From Paramecium tetraurelia (Eukaryota), in the NCBI GenBank assembly GCA_000165425.1, contig CT868049.1, positions 124,001-188,000 of the forward strand: DNA of 64,000 nt. Reading direction: 5' to 3'. Below, piece after piece: positions 29,900 through 41,499 of this stretch. The notes beneath the pieces were generated by a model. It did no database searches. It was not told where the DNA came from and worked only from the letters and a program-made list of their open reading frames with translations. Numbering within the stretch: position 1 is the first letter of the stretch; the number at the start of each line of letters is the position of its first letter. Position numbers and translations under genes: made by a program.

Positions 29900-30919
29900 A
29901 ATAATTATCATTTATAATTGATGATTATGTAAGGTAAGTGAAAAACAACACTTGACAAATTTGAAATAGCACAGATCATAATAGCTAAAGAAATTTGAAA
30001 TCATTGTATCAAAAACATATCCAAAATACATGGGGGTTAGATTTTATGTTTCTAAAGATTAGTATCTTTCTTGTAATTCTCTTAATTTATTCAAAATTTC
30101 ATCTTTGTCGCTTTTTTTAATTGTTTCTTAGCTTTGAATTGTTCTTTTATTGTAATAAATTATTCTGTTTGTAATTTAGTACTTAGATTCCCAAGCTTTT
30201 ATATATTTTTTAAGGGAATTGGGTTGCTTAGATACTATTCCATTAATGTATTGTAGATTCAGTTTCATTTAATTGATTTGATCGTTATTCAAAATCTTAC
30301 TTGTGTTACTCCAACTCTTTCAATAAGGCTTGTAATTAATTCTTCAATTAATAGATTTCTTATTCAATTATTGTGTATTTGTAATAAATTTATTCTAAAT
30401 TTTAATATTTTTTTTGCCATAACTTAATCAAATTCTCCGCTTCAGCCAAAGGTATAGAAAGATCAGGTCTTTCCTTCAATTCATCAATAAATTATTATTG
30501 CTCATTATCTGGCTTATTTAATTCATTAATTTTAACATCTCTTTATTCAATCTAAAACTTCTTTCTTTCAATTCTCAGTTGTTTGTAATTCCATTAGCTT
30601 ACACAAGGTCATGTTCTAATTAATTCTATCACTAAATTATATTGGTTTGCCTCTTTACCGTAGTGTATCATTTCTCAATTAGCTAGATTTTAATTTTTGG
30701 TAACCAAAATTCTTAAATAATTTGATCCATCTTCTGATTTCTAACAAATTATCTACTAATTATTTAATTTGAAATCTCTTTCTTTGACCGATTCCAATCA
30801 CAGATATTTAATTGTTCATTTTATCTACAAAACGAACATTTAAAAAATCAACTTAAGATTTTATTTATTATTTTCAGACTACTCCAAATATAACAGATTT
30901 TAGAACTCTATGCACTCAT
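29900..30919 (-). CDS. Coiled-coil hypothetical protein (frames not fully resolved; possibly degenerate)
   Basis: MSAQSSKICYIW/IDFLNVRFVDKMNNQISVIGIG... and FIDELKERPDLSIPLAEAENLIKLWQKKYQNLEQ...; at least two frame changes could not be tied to clear introns. Confidence 0.4.
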
Positions 30920-30977
30920 TGTTTTGGATATTGATTTTATAATAATAGATGGATATTTGAGAAATTAAATTATAAAA

Positions 30978-31838
30978 TCACAATTAGATCCCTCTTACTG
31001 TAATTGATTATACCTTTCCACTTACAGGTCGATAGCGTTAACTCACTTTTACTTATTTGTTGACTGCACTTTAAGGTCTCAATCCTTAAGGTTTCGTCTT
31101 GACAATTACAGGACTTTTAGTATAAGTTTGACCATTAATCAATTTCATTATTTCAGCAAGATTGTCATAGATTTGCAAACTAGAGTGTTTGAATAATCTT
31201 TATTAATGTTAAGCCCCTTTAATTATTGTTGTATTTTAATGAAAACCACCTGTTAATTATTGCTCACTCTGCTTTGGAGAGAATAAACTACTCTTTACAG
31301 TTTGTTTTTCTATTATATTTTAATTCTTCGCTTCTTCGTCTTCAATAACATAAATTTCACTTTCTCCTTCTAAAGAAACCTTTTTTAAAGTTGAGTTATT
31401 CCGAATGACTTTTTAATTTGCTATTTAATAACTTATACAAAATAAGTTACTTTTATCTAATGTCTTTGTATTCCGAAAATGCTTTGCTTCTGAATGGTAT
31501 GGTACTGATATCATTGCTTCATTCTCATCTATCTTCATCATGTGTTTCACTTACACATTCAATCCTGGTGCTGTTATTGGCCTCTATCTTGATGAATAGC
31601 TATGACTAGGCGATATTAATGCAGTCATCGGTCTTATTGACTTTTAAGGTCCTATCTCTATATCTTCTTACTCTTATTCCCTTCTCGCTTTAAATGCTTA
31701 CTTCTATAACCCTTCTTTAGTTTTCCAAATGCCATAATTATGGTAGTCCTCTTAAAGACTTTATCTCAAGTACTCATGCTGCTTTTTACGATACATTACA
31801 GGATAGAAATACTCCTCTACTTGCTTTTCTTTCTACAT
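30978..31838 (-). CDS. Hypothetical protein
   Basis: MQKEKQVEEYFYPVMYRKKQHEYLRQSLQEDYHNYGIWKTK...RPITAP...RPQSA...VRGIQL*; frame verified to TGA 30978-30980. Confidence 0.75.
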
Positions 31839-32422
31839 CTATTCTCGATATATTATTTTGTTATATAATTATTATTAATTGTTAAATAGTTATGCTTATT
31901 GATCTATGAATTATTGTGACAATTTGTAATTCAAAGTAAAAACTGGAGATTGCTATGGTAAAGTGAAGATTCTCTTCTAAACAAAGAGTTTAATTGGATA
32001 GAAATAGACTATAAAAATTTATTGAAATAGTAATAACCTAAATAGTGATCATATTTTTATTTGTATAGTTAATGTAAGTCTAAATGATAAAGAAGATGAA
32101 ACCAAACCTTGAATATTTAGTTAAAGAAAATAAAATACTATTAATTTGTATATTTATTCTTATGGTTTAAAAAATATTGAAAATACATTTCCAATTTAAT
32201 GATGAAATCATGTTTTCTATTATGAAGTATTTAAGTCATAATTTTTGATCTGATATTTATTGTGTTTTATTACAATTATTATGGAATTTTGGTTAAAATT
32301 ATGATTTGATGTTTTTTGAAATTATTTTATTTTTATATTGTCATTTTATTCTTAGATAAGTGTGAGTAGAAATTACTGATTACTTAATAAATCAAAAATT
32401 CATAAAATACATAAATTTATAT

Positions 32423-34166
32423 TCACACTTTGAAATTCTTATTTGTTATCCATTTATCTTTTTAAATCACTCTAAAATGAGGTTATGAAGCAGTCCTTGG
32501 TATCCTGGGAGTAGTAATCTACTTTTGCTCTGTTAAGAAAGGAGTCGATTAACCCTCTTCACTAATTGTATTCTGAGTTTATTTCAAATATTTTTTAAGT
32601 TATCGACTTTGAGACAAATAACCAGGAACCCAAAGTGGTCTTGCATCAGGAAAAATGTTCTTATCAATAGTTGGATGGAGAAATTAAATAATCTCGGCAC
32701 CTGTTTTATTGAATATTAGAGTTTATTCTTCAAAATTATGTTGTGGTTATGCGCTATATGTGCTTGGCTATCGATCTTAATCAGCCTGAAATGGTTGATT
32801 TGAAAGCGAAGAATTCTAATAAAAATAATTTGCTGATTTACTTAATCTAATAATCTGTCTAAATCTTTTGGATTCAATTTCTAAGTTGTTTATTTAAATT
32901 TCTTTTTTCCAATCGCATTATTCACTACAACATCTAATTGATTGGATTTCTTAGCAGCAAACCCTGCATGATGAAATTCTGTAATAACATTAAATTTGAT
33001 TGTCTTTTAGTTGTTATATTTACTACGGCCTAAATGTTCTAAATAAATATCCATAGCATTGTCATTCTATTTAATAGAAGCAATTTCAATTGGAATCGTT
33101 TACGCCCTCCCAGAACATAATTTGGCTAGATAAATTATTAATATACTTAGTTAATATCCCATAAAATTACGGAGAATTTGAACTGTTTCCTTGTATTTAG
33201 AGCGTAGAGCGAATTGAGTAGCTATTATATTATCTGAAACTTAGATTATGAGAGGTCCTATTTATAATTAAAGAAGATGAACCTTTTTCACAATCAGCCA
33301 AAGTTTGGAATGTCTTCTTCGGATTCACAAAATTAAACGGATGAACATCCCATGAATTCTTAAATGGAACCACAAATTCAAAAGGCAAACTATTAAATAG
33401 ATAATTATGCATGGAATTCTTTCTCAAAGAGCAAACGATCTCATTTTCTTTGGAAACATAAAGTTAATCGATTTCTTTCATTCTCGATACCTTGTATTGT
33501 GGAGCCTTAACAATATACTTGCCAATGGTTTTAAATTCTTCAGCAGCCCTTCTACTGTGTACACCAGCATTTCCCTTGCTGACCCATTCTTCAGTATCAT
33601 AATTAAAACTGTATAAATCACCAGTTACATTATCAAGAAAGAAATCACTCATTCTGATTTCATTAAGAGGTTTCTTGATTTTAGAGAGGTCTCCCAATTA
33701 TCCACCATTAAGTCCATTAATCACTGAGAATTACTAAAGTAAGTGTAAGTTTGTACACATTCAACATTAGATGCAATCAAAAAGACTAAGCCTTACATGG
33801 CAAATGATGAGGCAAATAGAATCTTATTGCTTCGCATGCACATCCTTAATAAAATCAAGAACTTGTAAGCATTAGGAGACCAAGGTCTAAGATTTGCGTC
33901 TCCTTCAAAAAAGATTAAATCGATAGAATCGAACATCTTTCCACATTCAACTCTCACAAAAGAACTGTCTATTTCATAAAGAAAGTCATCTATTGAATCT
34001 CGATCAGCAAAGAAGAATTCTAATTCTGTATCTATCATCTCTTTCTTACCTGTTAACACCTACATATAATTTTGATGAATACTTCTTTAATAATTTGTTT
34101 GTAATGTTCTTAACTCCTAAATCCTTTGATACATTTTCCATACCCATTAACTATTAAAATTTTCAT
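32423..34166 (-). CDS. Class I glutamine-amidotransferase-like fold protein, catalytic triad apparently absent
   Basis: MKILIVNGY..., IDLIFFEGDANLRPW, KILFASSFAMQGL (nucleophile-elbow position), HNYLFNSLPFEFVV, FQTLADCEKGPLII, IIATQFALR...VQILRNF follow the GATase motif order. Confidence 0.65.
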
Positions 34167-34215
34167 TAATAATATATTAGTTATTTTATAACAATTTTAA
34201 TTTATGCTTTCAATA

Positions 34216-35372
34216 TCAATGCTTTTATAGAAATTCTCCCTCTCCATCCATTTTATCATTTTTCCACTGTCCAATAAGTTTGTCTCCATTTTTCCAATAA
34301 TACACTCCTTTTCCTTATCTCTTTCCATCCTAAAACACACCTTCAAAATAATCACCATTCGCATATTCATATCTTCCTTTTCCATAACTTTTTCCATTTA
34401 CCCATTCTCCAAAATAAACATCATTATTGACCATTTGCAATCTTCCTATTCCATTTCGTGTATCATTCTGATAATCTCCTTCAAACCTATCTCCATTAGA
34501 ATAAGTATAAATTCCTTTGCCAGAACGTATTCCGTCCACAAAAGATCCTTCATATCTATCCCCATCAACATAATATAAAATTCCATGTCCAAATTAAGTA
34601 TCATTCCTCCATTCTCCTTGATATTTAGCTCCATCTGAATATTAGTATAATCCTTATCCTTCTTTTAAACCTCCTTGCCATTCTCCTTCATATTTATCTC
34701 CATTTTAATACTCCATCACTCCCAATCCATTTGCTTTATCATCCAAGAATTCTCCCTCAAATCTTGTCCCATTTAAATACTCAAATACACCCTTCCCTGA
34801 TTTAGCACCATCTCTCCAATCTCCAAAATATTTATCACCAGTTGTGTAGATGTACATACCCTTCCCATGTTTTTCTCCGTCAACCCATTATCCTTCAAAT
34901 TTTTCGCTATTTACAAAGTATGTATATGTTCCCTAACCATTTTTTTTATCATTAGCCCATTCTCCCTCATATACGTTACCATTTTCATATAAATATATAC
35001 CACGGCCATGTTTGATGCTTTCTCTCAAATCTCCATCATATCTCTCTCCATTTGCGAATAAATAAACTCCTTTTCCATGAAACCTACATTGTGCTTTCTG
35101 TTTTACCTATCGTCCTTCCATTCTCCCACATAAGTGTCACCATTACTATAATAATATATGCCTTTGCCACATCTTTTATCATTGTTTAATTCTCCCTCAT
35201 ACTTGCCCATGTCAATGTAATTTTTAATTTTAATTCCTTTCTTATATCTTGGAGGTTCTTCAGATTCCTTTATCCATTATTGCTAAAATCGCTAAATTAT
35301 TTCCTTCTTCTCCTTTATCAATTTGGACTTATCAAATTCCTATGAATGAATTTTCAATTTTATATCTGCCAT
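34216..35372 (-). CDS. MORN-repeat protein
   Basis: About 13 tandem ~23-aa YEGEWxxDKxxGxGxYxYxNG repeats, e.g. [26 protein letters not shown]. Confidence 0.93.
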
Positions 35373-35405
35373 AATCAAAATTAAAATTATTAAATATAAA
35401 CTAGT

Positions 35406-36108
35406 TCATTGTTTAAGTTAACTTGATTTCATCAACAATAACATTATTTCTTCCTCAGTATAAATGCATTCCTACTAACAATACCATTCTCCATACGAAT
35501 TGATTGCATCATATTTGGTTTTCACTTTTCCACATCTCTTACAATTTACCTTAATTTAATTAAGACTTCATTACCTATATATCCTTCAAATACAATTATT
35601 TGCATTTTTCAGAGCATACCTTTCTCCCATAGCAATCTATGCTTTCAAAGATCAATTAAAAGCAAATCCAACAACATTCTTTTTAATCATTTTGCAAGTT
35701 CTATTCTATTTTTGGTGTTTTATTTGTTGGTTCTTTAGCCATCTTCTCAATCGCTTTCTCAATTTTAATCAAGTCTTTATACCTATAATTTAATCTGATA
35801 TCCAAATGGTAAATCCTTTATATCTTTAAATGATCTGATCAATAAAATCATTAATTTACTTCATCTCAATAAGTTACTATAAATTATCATCGCAATGCTA
35901 CGCTATCTTTCCATAAAATTACTGCAAATTTATTTATGTTAAAAAATCAAATAGTTCTTTATTCATCTTTTATTCTGACCATCTATGTTATCTCTATTAT
36001 TATAATTAAGTCTTCAAATTGTTGATTGATTAAGTCTAAAATTTTACAACTATTTACAATGTTCTATTACATTTTCTGTTAACTATTCGCTCTTCTTTGT
36101 TAAGACAT
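35406..36108 (-). CDS. Protein with two C-terminal FCS/MYM(TRASH)-like zinc-finger motifs
   Basis: CWICFQLIFESIDCYGRKVCSEKC and CKRCGKVKTKYDAINSYGEWYCQQEC, joined across a 25-nt intron. Confidence 0.65.
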
Positions 36109-37284
36109 CTAATCAAATTTATTTAATAATAATATTGAATTCAAATAATTTATAATTAATTTATAATTTACTTCCCTCCAAACAATAGGCCAATCTTATT
36201 GTTACCCTTATACTCATGAAAGGATATTCTTAATCAACAATAATTTTTTTTAAAGTATGAGTTTTAGATACTATTTGATATCCTCATCCTTATTTGAATG
36301 TAAATTTATTAGTTTGAAATTATTGTAAAATTTAATATTTCTCTGAGATTAATATGTCAGAGTGAATTATTATTAGACTAAAACGAAGGGAGATTCTTCG
36401 TTTCTATGTCTTTATTATCTGATTTCCATATTTCAACTAATCTATAATAGAGTTTAAATACTTGGAGAAATATCATTTCTTCTCTAAACTACATTCTTTT
36501 AATTATCTTTTTGAATATGGTAACATCTGATGTGATCCATAGACTTTATTTTAGAAATATATTTTATTGGTTTCTTATTAAAAAATAGATTGGTTAATTT
36601 CTAATTTTGATAATCACATATATTATACATTTTATTTGAATAATGATAAGACTTGTTTGCAATTAATAAATTTAAGCAACTTAATCTATTGTAATTGTAC
36701 TATTTGTTTTTTATAATTGGATTAAGAATTTGATATTCTAAAATAATTTATAGAAAATACGAAAATAAAGGAATTCTGATTTAACAATTCTTATATAAGA
36801 ATAAAAATAGTAATATCAATTTAATCTAATAGTGGAAAATTTTAATTAAAAATTACAATAAAATTGAATATTGATTAATTGTAAATACTATAAGTTTAGG
36901 ATAAGGAATAAGTTAAAATCTACTGCTACATATTTATATTATAGTAATTACTCGAATAGTTAATAATATTAGTTAATATTCTATGTTTCGAGAGTAGACA
37001 TACTTTTTTAACGCTTCTAATATTTTTTACTATTTTTTATATATTTAGTTGGCATATTTTAGATTAGAAGGATCGATAATTATCGAAATATAGGGATCTG
37101 ACAGGTTTAAGTATATGAATGCATTTTTGATTAGTATTTTAAGTTTTTAAGCAGGAGGTATAGTCAATGCCCATCAATCCTAAACAATAAAATTGTTGAA
37201 TGAATAAGAAGATCGTGAACTTTAAAAATCATTTGTGTAATATTGGTTATTTATCATTAATAGAGATTGTAACATAGTGTAATA

Positions 37285-37626
37285 TCAAAATAATTAACAA
37301 CTTTAGGACTGGCAACAGCCCACTTTTTCTTTATCTTGATCTATGATATTAAAATTTTTCCAATTGTCCACTAATATAATGTCATACAATTTAGCTTTGG
37401 CTGTTACTTCATCTCTAAATGTTATTTAATATTATGTTTTTTTGTTTTTGAGTATCAAATTTCCCAGTTTGTCAAATCGTTATGCTCTTGGTGAAGTAAT
37501 ATAAGTATTTTTCTAGCACTCAAAACTTTGAATATCAGGATCAGTTATCTTGCTTATAGATTTGTGTAGTGGGGCCAAGTTTTATAATTCAAGGGAAGGA
37601 CCATGCCTTATACTATCTTAAAGCAT
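37285..37626 (-). CDS. Small hypothetical protein ending in a CaaX-like motif
   Basis: Intronless 113-aa ORF ...RFDKLGNLILKNKKTQYQITFRDEV...IILVDNWKNFN...GCCQSQSCQLF*. Confidence 0.75.
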
Positions 37627-37826
37627 TTTTATATTATTTGATTATAATTTTAGATAAAACAAATCATAAATATGTATATTTGCATAAATATTGTGTTTAA
37701 TGCACATGAAAAATATTATTTTATGTTAAAGTTAACTGATTGAAATTTGAGTTTAAGAGATTCCTTCTATTAAAGAAACTCAAAATAACTTAAAATATTA
37801 TTAAAGGTTATTTTTGATTGTATCAT

Positions 37827-38435
37827 CATGTTTATACTGATTTTTAAATCAGGATTTAAATGAACTTTGCCCTTAAATTTTCTATCATTCTTACATCTTT
37901 TACTTTGATAATATAATCTAGAGAATACTGATGTTTTAATAAGAATAATGAAACACCTAAATTTATTAATGAAATTAGTTCATTCTTACTTTCTAATGAA
38001 TCTCCTTGTTAATTTATATCATTATAGTCCAATTTATGAGTTAGATCTAAATCAGTAGGCATTTTCAAAATCTCTTTGTTAAATTTATCTTGACAATTAC
38101 TCTTTATTGAATTAATTTGCTAGGGTACGATAGTCTCATCAAGACTTTTTGAAAATGGCTATCTAGCTTAGTTCTTAGTATTAAATCATCTAAACCATTT
38201 TGTTTTATTTTAGAAGAGGATGATTAGTATTGATAATTATTTGACTGTTTTTATTGATATCTTTAACTGTAATCCCTACATTGTGAAGTTAGATAATTAA
38301 AGCAAATTTATACTTTTTATAATCTGATGCTACTATGAAAGGATCGTCAATACATTGTCTTTTAATCTAAACTTATAATGCGTGAGTATAAATTTGAATT
38401 TTTTGGATATTCCAATTAAGATCTGTAATCTTCAT
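37827..38435 (-). CDS. Hypothetical protein (start uncertain)
   Basis: ~200-codon open frame under the ciliate code (MKITDLNWNIQKIQIY...RMIENLRAKFIQILIQKSVQT*); no recognisable motif. Confidence 0.4.
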
Positions 38436-38683
38436 AAAAGAATTATTATTTGAAACAAATTCGTTCACTTATGTCTTTGATTCATTTCATTCATATATAA
38501 TAATAATAAATATTCATGCGAATTTAGCTTTTATTAATCAAATATCAAACTTATTTTGATTTTAATAATTTTCAATTTTAAAATTTTTAATACAATTCAA
38601 ATTGATTAGCGAATGGATAAAAAATCATTCTTTTTCTTTTACCTTATTAAACATTTAATCAATGAGACTTGATATTATTTTAA

Positions 38684-41251
38684 ATGAGATCCAACATCAA
38701 GTAAACACACTATGTGCTCGACTTTTCTGATATTGAAGATATTTCAGATAATGAATCCGAATCTTCTTCACCTCAACACAATCAACCTCATGATTCACCT
38801 CCTAGGACTGACATTAAATCATTACAATAAGGTTCACTGCTTCAAGCTGTCAAAAAAGAAGCTGTAGAAATACCTTCTCTTATAATTTAACAAGAAGAAG
38901 ACTAAATTCAAAGACGAAAGCCAGAAAATCTTATCTAAAGATGGGAAGTGAACTTTGATGAACTGTCAGAATATGAGGAGGCAGATGATACTCCAGTATC
39001 TATTCAATTAGAGAAAGAACCCAGTCCACAACCTCAACTTGAAGAACCTCAATACATAGAGTAATTTTTTGAAGACTAACATATCATGGAGGAGGTTGAA
39101 ATAGATTAAGAATAATTGATATTGGAGAGAGTCAAGAATGTCTAGAAGCCAGCTCTAGTAACGAAATAAGAATGTAAATTAAAATCTTAAAAAAACCATT
39201 TAGAGAAAGTAAGCATTCGCATTGTGACCAACCCAATCAATAAATTACAAAAGGAATACGTAAATGATAGTACTACCACTCAAAAAAGGGATATCAATTA
39301 ACATATTTAATAGTCCAAACCTAAATAAATTGTAAAGTAGAAATTTTACAATCCAAAGAACTCTCTTATATATTTAAGGTTGAGGGGTCGAGAAGACTTA
39401 TATAAGAGAAATGATATTGTAGTAGATGAACCGCCGAAGCCATAGGAAGTTGATTAATTGCTTGAAGGCTTAGATTGCATAAATAATTTACTTATAGACT
39501 TATCAAATCTTAAAGAAAAAAAACAGAATACTGTTGAAAAAAAACAAATTACAATTAAAATACAAAAACGTAGGGTAGATGAAAATAATGTAAATTAGAT
39601 AGAAAAACAAACTAACAAAATAGAGAAGAGTAATGAACAAATATAGGAAAAAGAAAAATAGTTAGAATAATAGTTAGAAATATAGTCATAAAAATAGTAA
39701 GAAAAATAGTTAGAAATATAAAAATTATAAGTTTAGAAATAGAGAGAATCTGCTTAGAAATAATAACTTTAATAAGAAGCAGCATTGGCTAGATAAATTA
39801 GACAAGAAAAACTGTAATAAGAGAAGGAAATGAAAAAATAACAAGAATAAAAGTTGGTTTACAAGATTCTAACCAAAAAATTGATTAATCAAGGAATGCC
39901 TTTGTATAGATGTTTATTAAGATAAAAACAGAGGGAATTTATTAAATGGTTGAGATTTTCAGAAATTGCATTAATAAATGAAGGGGAAAAAGAGATCTAT
40001 AGATTTGAAAAAAGAATGTCAGATCAAATGTTTTTATAGATCCATAAATAGAATATGACATCAGTTACAATCACCAAATAATGTATGTTTAATCCCATAA
40101 TTTTACATTATGTGTAAGCATAGGAGATTCCCTTAGAGAATCCATAAGAGAATAAATCTTTAGAAATAGAAAAATAAATTAAGCAAGAAGAATTTGATAA
40201 AAGTGTTAACAATAACAAAATTAATAGTGAGTGCAAGAAGCAAAAAGAAAAGAAATAACCAAAGTAAAAGAAACATAAAAAGAAAAATTCATCGGAATGT
40301 ATTGAAATATTGTAGGAAGACAAAGAGAAAGATAAAGAAAAAGAGAATGAAAAATCATTGAAAATTGAAAAGGATAGGGGAATATAATCTAATAGTGAAG
40401 ATGAAGATTTTGATTTGTTGAATGCCGATAGAATCTAAATCTTAAAAATAGTTATTGATAAACGAAAATATAATAATAGATAGCATCAATAATTACAGAA
40501 TGTTTAATATCCAGATGAATCTAAATAACCTGATGATGGTGTGATGATTATATAAGGAATGGATCAATAAAATGAGCAGAAGTTTGAACAGGATTAATTA
40601 CCTACTTAATTTTACTAGAAATAATACAAATATTTAAATACTCCAGCTAATAAATCAGGATAGGCGATTGAGAATTAGAATGAAGTTAAGTAGAAAAAAA
40701 ATAGATCTTATAAATATACAGAATTACCATTGAGCAGATTGGAAACAAATGATGAAATAAAGAAGAAGGAAAAAATTAATGATAAAAAAAAGGAGAAAAA
40801 GAAGTAGGATTTTTTATAGTTGTTGAATGAGATTGAAATTGAATAAAAGTAACAACAGTTAAAGGAAGAACAATAAAAGAGAAAGTATAAATCCATATAG
40901 TAGAATAAGGATAAATAACTGCAAAAGAGTTATGAAAAAATGGTGGGATCAAATAATTTAGAATGGTTTTAATCAGCAGATGTAAACTCTAAGATCAAAA
41001 AGGAGCAGAAAATGAAAAAGTCGAAAAATGCCAATAGGATGACTAGATCAGAAGTGAAATAAGATATTTAAAGTGGAAATTCCTCGGTTGCAAGATCGTC
41101 TTCCATTGAGTAAGGAGTCTATTCCCCTAAGAGAGAGGAAGTAGAAAAGAAGCCAAGAAGGCTGAGGAGGAATGAAACTGATAGGGAGGATTCAGAGGAG
41201 ATTGCATGTCTTGAAAGGAATAGAGATAATCAAAAAAGATTAAAGAGGTGA
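38684..41251 (+). CDS. Low-complexity E/Q/K-rich hypothetical protein (~855 aa)
   Basis: MRSNIKQTHYVLDFSDIEDISDNESESSSPQ... long purine-rich open frame to basic C-terminus ...RDNQKRLKR* (TGA 41249-41251). Confidence 0.75.
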
Positions 41252-41499
41252 TATTGATGTTGAACTATTATATATGTTATAAATTGAAATAATTGATGTT
41301 GTAATTAATCTATGTTTTAACTTTTTTATCAAATAGTTTTTTATGGGGAACTATATATATGATCTATTTGGCATTTTTCAAATTCTTTTGGAATCAGTCT
41401 AGATACTAGTTTGAATGCTTTTGAAAAAGAGTATTAAAGATTACGATTGAATTAGATGTAGTAGTGCCATATATCCGTTTTTATTATTATTTTTTTAAT

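Noticed and set aside
34216..35200. ~69-bp periodic sequence resembling a CRISPR or satellite array
   Set aside because: Degenerate coding MORN repeats with no identical direct repeats or spacers.
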